Counted from the first letter of the stretch, positions 9,196 through 20,414 are shown. The stretch: 64,000 nt of DNA from Anaerolineae bacterium (GCA_034432495.1 DAOUCB010000168.1:5527-69526); one strand, 5' to 3'. The notes: a model not told the origin generated them from the letters alone. Numbers and translations are program-made.

Positions 9196-10641
9196 TCAAG
9201 TTGCCTGCGCCGTGACCAACTCGTGTTTCATGACAAACGCCACGTTCGGGAATGATTCCATCGTCAGGTGATCAGTCTCAAACTGGATGATCACCGTCCC
9301 ATAAAACGGCGTTTCGTAGAATCGCGTCGTGATGGTGAAGGTGTTTTCGGCTGTCCAGACGCCGCTGGTAACACAGCGGTGCTCCTTCTCTGGAAAGTTA
9401 CGGTTAATCGCAATGATATTCGTGGAGCCTTCTTCCCAGCGACCATAACCGCCCGTCATCGGGTGATCCTTGCCCGCCACCGTGAAGACGGCAGTGAAAC
9501 TAGAGTCGCCAAATTCAAAACAGAGCCGCTCCATTTGCAGATCATTCGCGTCGGCCTTGTAATCACGGCCTGAAACGCGGGCAGCAGTCGGTGACGCGCT
9601 TTCACCGGGCGGCGGAGCAAACTCCAGACTCGCAAGTTTCGCCATGAGCGCCGTCTGAGCCGCTGAATTTTCGGGCAGCGGTGTATCGCCCATTGCGGGC
9701 AGCAGCATGTCCCAGACAAAATTGAGCGGCTGCTGCATATCACCGACGCCGCTGGTGATCGCCAGTACCGCATCCTGCTCAGGCATGACGATACAGTACT
9801 GCCCAAACGCTCCGTCCCCGCGATACGCATTGTGGCGGCAGCGCCAGAACTGAAAGCCATATCCCTGCGCCCAATCGCTGTTCGGATCAGTTCCGTTCGA
9901 GATGTGTTTCGACGAAGCCAGTTCAACCCAGGCTTCAGACAGTATTTGCTTGCCGTTCCACAGCCCGCGTTGCAGATACATCTGCCCGAAGCAGGCAATA
10001 TCCTCGGTTTTGACGTTGAAGCCAAAACCGCCCATATTGATCCCCTGCGGCGACTCTTCCCACCACGTATCCTCGATACCGAGCGGTTCCAGCAGGCGCG
10101 GCGTCAGGTAGTCGATCAGCTTCATCCCGGTGATCTTCTGGATAATCGCCGAGAGCATATAGGTTGCGCCCGTGTTGTAGAGAAAAAAAGTGCCCGGCTC
10201 ATGCTCAACCGGCAGCGACAGAAACGTCTTGATCCAGTTGTCCCCGCCCTCAAACAGCAGCGGCGTCGTGTCCATCGCGTGTCCCGTAGACATCGACAGC
10301 AGGTGCCGCACCCGCATCGCTGACAAGTTCGGGCTGATTTCAGCAGGCACATCGTCCGGGAAGAAGGACAGCACCCGGTCGTCAATCGACAGCCGTCCCT
10401 CGCCAACCGCCAGCCCAATTGCGCTCGACGTGAAGCTCTTGCTCAATGAAAAAAGCATGTGCAGTTTTTCCGGCGCATACGGTGACCACCAGCCCTCGGC
10501 GACGACCTGTCCATGCCGAATCAGCATCAGGCTGTGCAGTTCCTGGATTTGATCCTGAGCGGCTTCGACAAATGCGAGAATGGCAGACGATGAAATGCCC
10601 TGAGATTCAGGCGTGCTGCGCGGAAGTCTATTTTTCATCAT
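9196..10641 (-). CDS. serine hydrolase, class-C beta-lactamase-like family
   Basis: SxxK nucleophile motif in a typical context (LFSLSKSFTSSAIGLAV). 481 aa. No signal peptide evident. Confidence 0.8.
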   Translation of the reverse strand: MMKNRLPRSTPESQGISSSAILAFVEAAQDQIQELHSLMLIRHGQVVAEGWWSPYAPEKLHMLFSLSKSFTSSAIGLAVGEGRLSIDDRVLSFFPDDVPAEISPNLSAMRVRHLLSMSTGHAMDTTPLLFEGGDNWIKTFLSLPVEHEPGTFFLYNTGATYMLSAIIQKITGMKLIDYLTPRLLEPLGIEDTWWEESPQGINMGGFGFNVKTEDIACFGQMYLQRGLWNGKQILSEAWVELASSKHISNGTDPNSDWAQGYGFQFWRCRHNAYRGDGAFGQYCIVMPEQDAVLAITSGVGDMQQPLNFVWDMLLPAMGDTPLPENSAAQTALMAKLASLEFAPPPGESASPTAARVSGRDYKADANDLQMERLCFEFGDSSFTAVFTVAGKDHPMTGGYGRWEEGSTNIIAINRNFPEKEHRCVTSGVWTAENTFTITTRFYETPFYGTVIIQFETDHLTMESFPNVAFVMKHELVTAQAT

Positions 10642-10802
10642 AAAACTCCATCATCATTGAATGAATAAGTATCCAATGCGCAGAGAATAGACCATTTAAC
10701 CGTCGATTGCACAGAACCAAATGATTGGATATTTGCCGGATGCTGTGTTTGTGGCTTACGATCAGCCATATATTGACACTCAAAAATCAGCGAGGCAGCA
10801 AA

Positions 10803-12386
10803 ATGACTTCTGGACAAATTCACTTTTTTGACACTCCGGTCGGCGCAGTTCCCTTTGAGCAAATCGCTGTTCTGCTCAACCCCGCCGACAACGTTGCTAT
10901 CGCCAAAACACCGATTTCCCCCAGCACCACTCTGCGCCGAGCCAATGCGCCAGACATCACGCCCAACGTCTTCATCCCCAGCGGACACAAATTCGCGCTC
11001 AGCGATGTTGCCGTCGGTGAACCGATCCGCCGCTATGGGCAGATTATCGGCTTTGCCACCCAGCCTATCCACACGGGCGATCACGTCCATACGCAGAATC
11101 TGCACGTCGGCGATTTCGCCCGCGATTACGCCTTCTGCTCGGACGTGCACCCGGTTGAGTATGTGCCCGAAGACCAGCGCCGCACCTTCATGGGTTACAA
11201 ACGTGCGGACGGTCGCGTCGGCACACGCAACCTGATCGCCATCATCGGCAGTGTCAACTGCTCCGCGCACACCATTCGCGAAATCGCCGCCCACTTCACG
11301 CCGGAACGCCTCGCCGCCTATCCCAACGTCGATGGCGTGATCGCCATCACACACGGCTCCGGCTGCGGGATGCGCACGGGCGGCGACGACTATGCCATTT
11401 TGCAGCGGACGATGGTCGGCATTGCCTGTCACGCCAACGTCGGCGCGTATCTCATGATCGGCCTCGGTTGTGAGACCAACCAGATTCAGGATGTCATCGA
11501 TAACTACCACCTCGACGCCGACCCGTCCAATCTGCCGCTCAACCTGACCATTCAGGGCAGCGGCGGCATCCGCAAAACTGTGCAAGCGGGCATCGAAATG
11601 GTCGAAAAGCTGCTGCCGCAGGTCAATGCCACGCCGCGCACCCCGCAGCCGATTTCCGAACTAGTCGTCGCCTTGAAGTGCGGCGGCAGTGACGGTTGGT
11701 CGGGCGTGACTGCCAACCCGATTGTCGGGATGGTTGCCGACGAGATCGTCCGTCAGGGTGGCAGCGCCGTCCTCGCCGAAACACCTGAAATCTACGGTGC
11801 GGAGCATCTGCTCACCCGTCGCGCCATCAGCCGTGAAGTCGGCGAGAAGTTGGTCGCTAAAGTTCACTGGTGGGAGAAGCACGCCGCCGCCCATAACATG
11901 GAAATCGACAATAACCCCAGCGCGGGCAACAAGGTTGGCGGACTGACGACGATCTTCGAGAAGTCGCTCGGCGCGGTCGCCAAAGGCGGCACAACGCCGC
12001 TGATGGGCGTTTTCGATTATGCCGAACCGGTCACGACACGCGGCTTCAGCTTCGTCGATACCCCCGGCTACGATCCAGTCTGCGTGACCGGGCAGGTCGC
12101 CAGCGGCTGCAACATTGTCCTGTTCACCACCGGACGCGGCTCGGTCTTTGGCTACAAGCCCGCGCCGAGCATCAAGATCGCCACCAACACACAGATGTAC
12201 GGTCACATGACCGATGACATGGACTTCAACGCGGGCAAAGTCCTCGATGGTGCGGATTTGCAGGCCACCGCCGATGAACTGCTCGATTTGATTATCGACG
12301 TGGCATCGGGGAAGCAGTCGAAAAGCGAGGAACAGGGTGTCGGCGCAGAAGAATTCGTCCCCTGGAATCTCGGCGGCACACTATAA
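10803..12386 (+). CDS. UxaA-family sugar-acid dehydratase (altronate / galactarate dehydratase-like)
   Basis: N-terminal SAF-like domain (NPADNVAIAKTPI), then conserved AIIGSVNCSAHT and ITHGSGCG stretches. The start is moved to MTSGQ (ATG 10803, preceded by GAGG). The track start at 10725 adds an implausible leader. Confidence 0.8.
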   Translation: MTSGQIHFFDTPVGAVPFEQIAVLLNPADNVAIAKTPISPSTTLRRANAPDITPNVFIPSGHKFALSDVAVGEPIRRYGQIIGFATQPIHTGDHVHTQNLHVGDFARDYAFCSDVHPVEYVPEDQRRTFMGYKRADGRVGTRNLIAIIGSVNCSAHTIREIAAHFTPERLAAYPNVDGVIAITHGSGCGMRTGGDDYAILQRTMVGIACHANVGAYLMIGLGCETNQIQDVIDNYHLDADPSNLPLNLTIQGSGGIRKTVQAGIEMVEKLLPQVNATPRTPQPISELVVALKCGGSDGWSGVTANPIVGMVADEIVRQGGSAVLAETPEIYGAEHLLTRRAISREVGEKLVAKVHWWEKHAAAHNMEIDNNPSAGNKVGGLTTIFEKSLGAVAKGGTTPLMGVFDYAEPVTTRGFSFVDTPGYDPVCVTGQVASGCNIVLFTTGRGSVFGYKPAPSIKIATNTQMYGHMTDDMDFNAGKVLDGADLQATADELLDLIIDVASGKQSKSEEQGVGAEEFVPWNLGGTL

Positions 12387-12417
12387 AATCTAAACTTGTC
12401 GAATACAGGCTTTTGTA

Positions 12418-12438
12418 GGGGCGCACAGCGTTCGCCCC
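12418..12438. terminator. GC hairpin (GGGGCG...CGCCCC) downstream of the UxaA-like gene
   Basis: GGGGCG-cacagcgtt-CGCCCC followed by CGTTCTT. A member of the GGGGCGCAC-type hairpin family seen throughout the window. Confidence 0.4.
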
Positions 12439-12444
12439 CGTTCT

Positions 12445-12477
12445 TGCCCCTCTACCCGCCTGAGTGGGAGAGGGGCA
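12445..12477. terminator. GC-rich hairpin between convergent genes
   Basis: TGCCCCTCT - 15 nt - AGAGGGGCA, a perfect 9-bp stem. Lies between the stops at 12386 (+) and 12504 (-). Confidence 0.45.
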
Positions 12478-12503
12478 GGACGCTTCGCGTGCGGGGTGAG
12501 GGG

Positions 12504-13304
12504 TTAGCTTTCTTCCCGTGTATAGCGATACGCCAGCAGCAGCGGAATTAATGTCGTGGCGATCACGATCATCGCGGCGACGTTGGTCACTGGGCGGTCA
12601 CGCGGGCGAATCAACTGGCTAAAGATCCAGATCGGCAGCGTTTGCTGGTTGCCCGCCGTGAAAGTCGTCACGATGATCTCGTCAAACGAGAGGGCAAACG
12701 ACAGCATCCCACCCGCCAGTAGCGCTGTCGCGATATTTGGCAAAATGACGTGGCGGAAGGTTTGCAGCATCGACGCGCCCAAATCCATCGACGCTTCGAC
12801 CTGCGAGTAATTGGTACGTCGCAGCCGAGCGACGACGTTGTTGTAGACTGTCACTACGCAAAAGGTGGCGTGACCGATCACAATTGTCCAGAAGCTGAAA
12901 TCGAGGTTGATGATGTTGATCGCCGAGCGCAGCGCAATTCCGGTGACAATCCCCGGCAGCGCCAGTGGCAAAATCATCATCAGCGAAATGGCATCCTTGC
13001 CGAAGAAACGGCTGCGGTAAATCGCCAGCGCCGTCAACGTGCCGACGATCAGCGCGATGGAGGTCGCGACGACTGCCACCACCAGCGACAGGCCAAGCGC
13101 GTTCCAGAAATCCTGCCGCGCGAACAACGCCCCAAACCATTTCGTCGTCAGACCCGGCGGCGGAAAGGTATAGGCCGAGTCTTCAGTCGTGAAGGCGTAG
13201 AGGAAAATCAGGAGAATTGGGAAATGCAGAAAGACCAGCGCGCCTAGCGTCGCCGCCTTGAGGCCAAGCGGCGCGCGCGGGTTGATCGCCGCTTCAGATG
13301 GCAT
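12504..13304 (-). CDS. polyamine-type ABC transporter permease (PotC-like)
   Basis: Polytopic membrane protein with an EAA-like loop ([21 protein letters not shown]). Overlaps the upstream permease by 11 nt. Confidence 0.85.
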   Translation of the reverse strand: MPSEAAINPRAPLGLKAATLGALVFLHFPILLIFLYAFTTEDSAYTFPPPGLTTKWFGALFARQDFWNALGLSLVVAVVATSIALIVGTLTALAIYRSRFFGKDAISLMMILPLALPGIVTGIALRSAINIINLDFSFWTIVIGHATFCVVTVYNNVVARLRRTNYSQVEASMDLGASMLQTFRHVILPNIATALLAGGMLSFALSFDEIIVTTFTAGNQQTLPIWIFSQLIRPRDRPVTNVAAMIVIATTLIPLLLAYRYTREES

Positions 13305-14250
13305 CGAACGCCCCTAACCTGCGCGCCAGCAGCAGATAAATGCTCATGATTATCACTGGGACGACCGTGAAGGCCGCCGCCAGCGGAATATTGCCGGATG
13401 TCCCCTGCTGGATGTACACTGCCTGCCCAATGAAGTAGCTCGAATTGCCGAATACGCCGGGAATGATGTAATCGCCCAGCGTCAGCGAAAACGTGAAGAT
13501 CGACCCCGCCACCACACCCGGAAACGCCAGCGGCAAAATCACCTTGCGGAAGGTCAGGCCGGGGCGCGCTCCTAAATCACCTGACGCCTCAATCACCGAT
13601 TTGGGCACCCGCTCCAGCGCCGTCGAAATCGGCAAAATCATATACGGCAGCCAGATGTAGACAAATACGACAAACAGGCCGATGTACGAAAACGACAGCG
13701 ACGACCCACCAATCCCTGGCAGATCGAGCAACCATTGCAGTGCCCCGCCCAAACCGAGGCCGTTCGCCAGCCAGGTGATGATCCCTTCCTGCGCCAGAAT
13801 CAGCTTCCAGGCGTACACTCGCACCAGATAGCTTGACCAGAGCGGCAGCATCACCCCCAAGTACAGCAGCCCTTTGACGCGGTACGAGGCGTAGCGTGCC
13901 ATGTAGTAGGCCAGGGGGAAGGCGATCAGCGCGCAGACCAGTGTCACTGCCGCCGCCATGCCGACCGTCCGCAGGACAATATCGGTGTTGGCCTGCTGAA
14001 ACAGTTGAGCGTAAGTCCGGGTCGAAAACTGGCGGACGATGCGCCCCGAAAAGTCGTCGAGATAGAAGAAGCTCTGCACCAGCAGCGCCGAAAGCGATCC
14101 GAAATAGACCACGCCCAGCCACAGCAACGTCGGCAGCAGCAGCAAAATCAGCGAAATCGTCGGATGTTTGTAAAGATAGTTGGCGATACGGCGCAGTGAT
14201 GATCTTTGACCGATGGTGATACGAGGCGCTGCTGCGTCGCTTGCTGCCAT
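13294..14250 (-). CDS. polyamine-type ABC transporter permease (PotB-like)
   Basis: Membrane permease with an EAA loop ([22 protein letters not shown]). Start set at MAASDAA (ATG 14250), preceded by GGAGCGGAG and 2 nt after the potA-like stop. The track start at 14301 would overlap the upstream gene by 49 nt. Confidence 0.8.
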   Translation of the reverse strand: MAASDAAAPRITIGQRSSLRRIANYLYKHPTISLILLLLPTLLWLGVVYFGSLSALLVQSFFYLDDFSGRIVRQFSTRTYAQLFQQANTDIVLRTVGMAAAVTLVCALIAFPLAYYMARYASYRVKGLLYLGVMLPLWSSYLVRVYAWKLILAQEGIITWLANGLGLGGALQWLLDLPGIGGSSLSFSYIGLFVVFVYIWLPYMILPISTALERVPKSVIEASGDLGARPGLTFRKVILPLAFPGVVAGSIFTFSLTLGDYIIPGVFGNSSYFIGQAVYIQQGTSGNIPLAAAFTVVPVIIMSIYLLLARRLGAFDAI

Positions 14251-14252
14251 GC

Positions 14253-15305
14253 TTACGCGCTCCGCTCCGTCGCAATCGCCCGGTTGAAGTCGCGCCGCCA
14301 TACCAGCTTGACCTTGCGCCCCTTTGCTGCCAGCACATCCATCGAGGTCGTTTCCAGGTTCTGCTGCACGACCGTCAAATCACTGCCCGTCGCCAGCTCA
14401 ATCAGGTAGCGCGTGTGCATCCCCAGATAAACCACGTCGCGCACCATACCCTCTACGCCAAACGAATCATCCGGGGTGGGCGTCTCCGAAGCGATCATGC
14501 GAATCTTCTCCGGTCGAATAGAAAACGTCCCCGCTTCCCCAGTGATCTCCTGTGCCGCCGCGCCGCTGACGATGTTCGACACGCCGACAAATCCGGCGAC
14601 GAAGCTCGTCTGCGGATTCTCGTAAATCTCGGCGGGCGAGCCAATCTGCTCGATTTTGCCATGATTGAAGACCGCCACCCGGTCGCTCATCGTCAGGGCT
14701 TCTTCCTGGTCATGCGTCACGTAAATAAAGGTGATGCCGACCTGCTCCTGAATTGTCTTGAGTTCGATCTGCATCTGCTGGCGCAGTTTGAGGTCGAGCG
14801 CGCCCAACGGCTCGTCCAGCAGCAGCAAACTCGGTCGGTTGATCAGCGCGCGTGCCAGCGCCACGCGCTGTCGCTGCCCACCCGAAAGCTGCGCCGGTCT
14901 GCGATCCGCCAGCCCCGGCAGACGTACCATTTCCAGCGCCTCGACCACGCGTGCCGCCCTTTCCTGCTTCGGCACTTTCTTGATCATCAGCCCGTAGCCG
15001 ACGTTATCGCCGACCGTCATGTGCGGAAACAGCGCGTAATCCTGAAAAACGGTGTTCACGTCGCGCTCATAGGGCGGCAGTTTGGCGACATCCTGCCCGT
15101 GCAGGATGATCTGCCCGCTGTTCGGGTGCTCGAACCCCGCGATCAGGCGCAGCGAGGTCGTCTTGCCCGACCCCGACGGGCCGAGCATCGAGAAGAATTC
15201 GCCGTCGTACACGTCGAGCGTCACGTCATCGACGGCACGCACCGCGCCAAAGTGACGCGTGACGTTGACCAATTGAACGGCAGTCGTTTTTTCCTGTGCA
15301 GCCAT
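14253..15305 (-). CDS. spermidine/putrescine-type ABC transporter ATP-binding protein (PotA-like)
   Basis: Walker [10 protein letters not shown], signature [15 protein letters not shown], Walker B LLLLDEP. C-terminal TOBE-like regulatory domain. Confidence 0.9.
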   Translation of the reverse strand: MAAQEKTTAVQLVNVTRHFGAVRAVDDVTLDVYDGEFFSMLGPSGSGKTTSLRLIAGFEHPNSGQIILHGQDVAKLPPYERDVNTVFQDYALFPHMTVGDNVGYGLMIKKVPKQERAARVVEALEMVRLPGLADRRPAQLSGGQRQRVALARALINRPSLLLLDEPLGALDLKLRQQMQIELKTIQEQVGITFIYVTHDQEEALTMSDRVAVFNHGKIEQIGSPAEIYENPQTSFVAGFVGVSNIVSGAAAQEITGEAGTFSIRPEKIRMIASETPTPDDSFGVEGMVRDVVYLGMHTRYLIELATGSDLTVVQQNLETTSMDVLAAKGRKVKLVWRRDFNRAIATERSA

Positions 15306-15343
15306 GAAATGGTTCGCCTAATCCATCAGCGCTTGAGCAGCAA

Positions 15344-15616
15344 TTACGGTTTGCAATCTCCACAATCCTTGAAATCTGGAGACTGCTGCTGTGCCAGCTC
15401 ATCGATTTCCTGTCGGTCAAGCGAACACAGCCGGATGTAGATTGTCGCCTCAAAATTAGGGATTTCCTCCGCAATCGTGTTGCGACAGGTTGCCCGATGC
15501 AGCACATAGGGCTGCTCAGCGCCATTGGCATTTCGGATGGCGTTCGCAACAAACCCCTTAGGGTTCATGTGAATCCAACTCAAGTATGCATCGTCATCAT
15601 TTTCAAAGATGATCAT
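15344..15616 (-). CDS. small Cys-containing hypothetical protein (about 90 aa)
   Basis: ORF inside the polyamine operon. GGAGG lies 6 nt upstream of the second in-frame ATG (MIIFENDDDAYLSWIH...). Four Cys, including a C-terminal CGDC. No family I can name with confidence. Confidence 0.5.
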   Translation of the reverse strand: MIIFENDDDAYLSWIHMNPKGFVANAIRNANGAEQPYVLHRATCRNTIAEEIPNFEATIYIRLCSLDRQEIDELAQQQSPDFKDCGDCKP

Positions 15617-15693
15617 GGTATCCTCCATTCGAATGATCGATCTTCATGCCTTCTGTGACGAAATTTCTCTTTGCTTTTCCTCAGTCCTGTCGT

Positions 15694-17136
15694 TTAGCTA
15701 TTTTTGACCATCACGTGCTTCGTGATACGATAGTCGCCGACGGCTTCTGCCGACAAATCCTTGCCGAAGCCTGACTGCTTGAAGCCGCCATGCGGTGTCT
15801 CCGACGTCAGCGGGATGTGATCGTTGATCCACACCGTGCCGAACTCCAGATCGCGCGAAATCCGCATCGCCCGCCCGATGTCCTTCGTCCACAGCGATGC
15901 CGCCAGCCCATAGAGCACATCGTTGCCCAACTGTACGGCTTCGGCTTCGTCCTTGAAGGGGCTGATCGTCAGCACGGGGCCGAACACTTCGCTCTGGATG
16001 ATTTCGGCTTTCTGGTCGGCATCGACAATCACGGTTGGTTCGTAGAAATAGCCCTTGTCCATCCCTTGCGGAACGCCGCCGCCTGTCAGAATCTTCGCCC
16101 CGGACGCTTTCGCCCGCTCGACAAAGCCGTTGACACGCTCGCGCTGCACCGCCGAAATCAGCGGCCCCATACGCACGTTTTCCTCGAACTGCCCGCCAAC
16201 CTTGACGCCGCGCATCGCTTCGACCAGCGCCTCGGTCACGTTGCCAAGCTGGCTCTGCTCGACATAGACCCGTGTCGCCGCCGTACAATCCTGCCCCGTA
16301 TTGAACGTCGAGGTCAGCGTCGCAATCGCCGCCACCTGCTCGACATCCACGTCGTCAAAGACGATGAACGGCGCTTTGCCGCCTAGTTCGAGATGCACCC
16401 GCTTGAGCGTATCTGCCGCCGACTTCATGATCTTCTTGCCTGTCCCAGTCGATCCAGTCAGGCTAACCATGCGCACGTCCGGGTGTTCGACCAGCGCCTG
16501 TCCGGTGTCGTTGCCGCCCGTGACCACGTTGAGCACGCCGTCGGGGATTCCTGCTTCGCTCGCCAGTTCCGCCAGCATCAGCGCGGTGATCGGCGTACCG
16601 GGTGCAGGCTTGAGCACGACCGTGCAGCCTGCCGCCAGCGCCGGGCCAATCTTCCAGATTGCCATCAGCAGCGGATAGTTCCAGGGCGCAATTTGTCCGA
16701 CCACACCGACCGGTTCGCGCCGATAGATCGAGGTATAGCCTGCCATATATTCGCCTGCGCTGGATCCGTGCGTATCACGGGCTGCCGCCGCGAAAAAGCG
16801 CAGGTTATCCACCCCAAACGGCATATCTGCGCCCAGGCTGACGAACTGATACGGCTTGCCCGTGTTTTCCGACTCTGCTCGCGCGAATTTCTCGGCGTTG
16901 GCTTCGAGCAAATCACCCAGCTTCCAGATCGCCAGCGAGCGCGCCGCCGGGGTCAGTCGTGACCAGCGCCCATCGTAGAAAGCGTCACGCGCCGCACTGA
17001 CCGCCGCATCGACGTCTGCGCGCCCACCGTTGACGACTTCGGCAATCTGCTCACCGGTCGCCGGGTTCTCGACCGCCATCAGGCTGCCGTCGCGCGTCTC
17101 TGTCCAGCGCCCATTAATCCACAATTTGTATGCCAT
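15694..17136 (-). CDS. NAD-dependent aldehyde dehydrogenase (aminobutyraldehyde dehydrogenase-like)
   Basis: ALDH hallmarks: ELGGKAP and catalytic Cys in FNTGQDCTAATR. 480 aa. Embedded in a polyamine-uptake operon. Confidence 0.85.
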   Translation of the reverse strand: MAYKLWINGRWTETRDGSLMAVENPATGEQIAEVVNGGRADVDAAVSAARDAFYDGRWSRLTPAARSLAIWKLGDLLEANAEKFARAESENTGKPYQFVSLGADMPFGVDNLRFFAAAARDTHGSSAGEYMAGYTSIYRREPVGVVGQIAPWNYPLLMAIWKIGPALAAGCTVVLKPAPGTPITALMLAELASEAGIPDGVLNVVTGGNDTGQALVEHPDVRMVSLTGSTGTGKKIMKSAADTLKRVHLELGGKAPFIVFDDVDVEQVAAIATLTSTFNTGQDCTAATRVYVEQSQLGNVTEALVEAMRGVKVGGQFEENVRMGPLISAVQRERVNGFVERAKASGAKILTGGGVPQGMDKGYFYEPTVIVDADQKAEIIQSEVFGPVLTISPFKDEAEAVQLGNDVLYGLAASLWTKDIGRAMRISRDLEFGTVWINDHIPLTSETPHGGFKQSGFGKDLSAEAVGDYRITKHVMVKNS

Positions 17137-17159
17137 GAATTGCCTCGTTAACAGTTACT

Positions 17160-17187
17160 GGAGGGGCACGATATATCGTGCCCCTCC
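17160..17187. repeat. perfect GC-rich palindromic hairpin between the SBP and aldehyde dehydrogenase genes
   Basis: GGAGGGGCACGAT-at-ATCGTGCCCCTCC, 13-bp arms. Lies in the 76-bp gap after the SBP stop. No T-tract follows, so it is more likely an mRNA-stabilising or attenuating element than a full terminator. Confidence 0.6.
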
Positions 17188-17212
17188 AAACAAATCAACT
17201 TTCGAGCTGCGC

Positions 17213-18403
<1,191 letters not shown>

Positions 18404-18513
18404 GGTCAAAGGTCTCCTGAAAAATGACGATTCATTACGCAAGGTAAATTTGGGTTAAATTTAGTTCAGAATAAGAACTACCGCAAGCATTGCTGCGCCA
18501 TTCCGCTTCCCGT

Positions 18514-18774
18514 TTAATCCGTTTCGCCGTCGATGATCTCGTAGACCGAATCGATCAGGTCTTCAGCAGCCTCAAGCTGGTCTAGCGCGGCTTCATCCTG
18601 CAACTGCATCAGGAGCGTCGCCGCTTCCAGCAGCGCGCTGGCGGCCTGCGCGATCAGCGTGGCAACGTCCTGATAATCATGTTCGACAACCAGGTCTTCG
18701 ATGGCGCGATTCGCATCGATTGCGGTTGTTTGTGCCTGTTGCAGCAGCTTGATGGCATCTGCGGATGTGCTCAT
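18514..18774 (-). CDS. small acidic helical hypothetical protein
   Basis: 86-aa ORF from MSTSADAIKLLQQAQ. Ala/Leu/Asp/Glu-rich with predicted helices. A purine-rich stretch lies upstream. No recognisable motif. Confidence 0.35.
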   Translation of the reverse strand: MSTSADAIKLLQQAQTTAIDANRAIEDLVVEHDYQDVATLIAQAASALLEAATLLMQLQDEAALDQLEAAEDLIDSVYEIIDGETD

Positions 18775-19062
18775 GATCTTCCCCTGCGTGTCAGCTCTTG
18801 GAGCGAGGAGTCCAATACTAGCAGGGAGCATACCCTATCGACAAGCCTGTTCCCCTGTTCAAAGCCCATAAGCCACCTATTCCGTTCTTTGTGCTTTCCG
18901 GCACAGCTTGGTCTTGAGCAGCCTCAGACCAAGCGCGTCCGCATGAACATCCTGACCACGATATACCAAATCGAACACTGCTGAACACCGTAACAGGGTA
19001 AAATGAAGGTAGATCATGACGGACTCGGCGCTCGATGATCGAGTGCCGCTGAGAGGATACGT

Positions 19063-20343
19063 ATGAGCATCAGCAACGGTTTGGCAATGACACCTCCGCT
19101 GGGATGGAATAGCTGGGATTGCTACGGCACGACCGTGCATGAGGACGAAGTGAAGGCCAACGCCGACTTCATGGCGGCACGGCTTGCTCAATTCGGCTGG
19201 AATTATGTCGTCGTCGATATTCAATGGTACGAGCCAAACGCGCAGGCGCACGGCTATCGCGAGAACGCCGAACTGGTCATTGACGAATATGGGAGGGTGC
19301 TGCCCGCCATCAACCGTTTCCCGTCTGCCGCAAACGGCGCAGGCTTTAAGCCGCTGGCAGACTACGTTCACAGTCTGGGTCTGAAATTCGGCATTCACAT
19401 CATGCGCGGAATACCGCGCCAGGCCGTGCGCCACAATCTGCCGATCCTCAACACAGCTTCTCACGCTCAGGATATTGCCAATACCAGCAGCCCCTGCCCC
19501 TGGAACTCGGATATGTACGGCCTCGATATGGCGAAACCCGGTGCGCAAGCCTACTACGATTCCATCGTCGCGCTCTATGCTTCATGGGATGTCGATTACA
19601 TCAAGGCCGACGACATGCTCTATCCCTATCACGCCGACGAAATCGCCGCCCTCTATGAGGCACTTCAGCGCTGCGGACGCGAAATTGTCCTCAGCCTCTC
19701 TCCCGGCGTCGATTTGACGACCGACCGCTATCAACATCTGCGCCAGCACTGCGAACTGTTTCGCATCTCCGGCGACTTCTGGGATCGCTGGGACGATTTG
19801 AAAAATCAATTTGAGACCTGCAATACCTGGGCCGCCTTCACCGAAGCGGGCTGCTGGGCTGACGCCGATATGCTGCCGCTGGGGCACATTGGTATTCGCG
19901 CCGAACGCGGTGTGGATCGGCAATCGCTGCTCACTCACGATGAACAGATTATGCTCATGACGCTCTGGGTGATGAATCGTTCGCCTCTCATGTTCGGCGG
20001 CGATTTGCCCACCAGCGATGACTTTGCCATCGGCCTGCTCACCAACGCCGAAGTGCTTCAGATCGAGCATTCAAGCCGTGACAATCGTCAATTGTTTCGC
20101 CACGAGAATCAGGTGGCGTGGATCGCCCGCAGCAGCGACTCAGAGGATCGCTATCTCGCCCTGTTCAATCTTGGCGAAGCGCCTTCGACGTTGGAAGTCG
20201 ATCTCGCCACACTCGGCGCTGGAAGTCGTTATGCAGCCCGTGACCTGTGGGCGCAGAACAGCCTCGGTGAATTTTCGGGCAGTCTGCGCCAACAAATCGC
20301 GCCACACGCCGCGAAACTCTATCGTCTGCACCCGCTTTCCTAA
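19063..20343 (+). CDS. alpha-galactosidase, GH27
   Basis: LGWNSWDCYG near the N-terminus and the nucleophile region WDVDYIKADD. GAGAGGA lies upstream of the ATG. Confidence 0.85.
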   Translation: MSISNGLAMTPPLGWNSWDCYGTTVHEDEVKANADFMAARLAQFGWNYVVVDIQWYEPNAQAHGYRENAELVIDEYGRVLPAINRFPSAANGAGFKPLADYVHSLGLKFGIHIMRGIPRQAVRHNLPILNTASHAQDIANTSSPCPWNSDMYGLDMAKPGAQAYYDSIVALYASWDVDYIKADDMLYPYHADEIAALYEALQRCGREIVLSLSPGVDLTTDRYQHLRQHCELFRISGDFWDRWDDLKNQFETCNTWAAFTEAGCWADADMLPLGHIGIRAERGVDRQSLLTHDEQIMLMTLWVMNRSPLMFGGDLPTSDDFAIGLLTNAEVLQIEHSSRDNRQLFRHENQVAWIARSSDSEDRYLALFNLGEAPSTLEVDLATLGAGSRYAARDLWAQNSLGEFSGSLRQQIAPHAAKLYRLHPLS

Positions 20344-20385
20344 AGCGCGCAAACGAGCGCCAATATGCGCCTTCGCGCCTCGCGT

Positions 20386-20414
20386 TTGACAGAAAATTTG
20401 TTCTACTCTAGAAT
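20386..20414 (+). promoter_or_regulatory. near-consensus sigma70 promoter of the SWIM/MoxR/vWA operon
   Basis: TTGACA - exactly 17 nt (gaaaatttgttctactc) - TAGAAT, about 80 nt upstream of the ATG at 20497. A TTCTA-ctc-TAGAA inverted repeat overlaps the -10. Confidence 0.6.

Noticed and set aside
10660-10760. Inverted repeat AAGTATCCAAT ... ATTGGATATTT (about 50 nt apart) between the serine hydrolase and UxaA-like genes, as a possible operator pair
   Set aside because: There is only one imperfect pair and no adjacent regulator gene. The nearby TTGACA (10768-10773) is too close to the ATG to form a normal promoter. The support is insufficient.
10638-11585. 315-aa minus-strand ORF opposite the UxaA-like gene; similar cases at 6526-7554 (+), 15790-16386 (+) and 44693-45481 (+)
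   Set aside because: All are antisense to strongly supported genes, lack RBS and motifs, and show the typical composition of reverse frames in GC-rich DNA.
14241-15440. 399-aa plus-strand ORF opposite the PotA-like ATPase
   Set aside because: Antisense shadow ORF that is extremely Arg-rich. The opposite strand carries the Walker A/B and ABC signature motifs.
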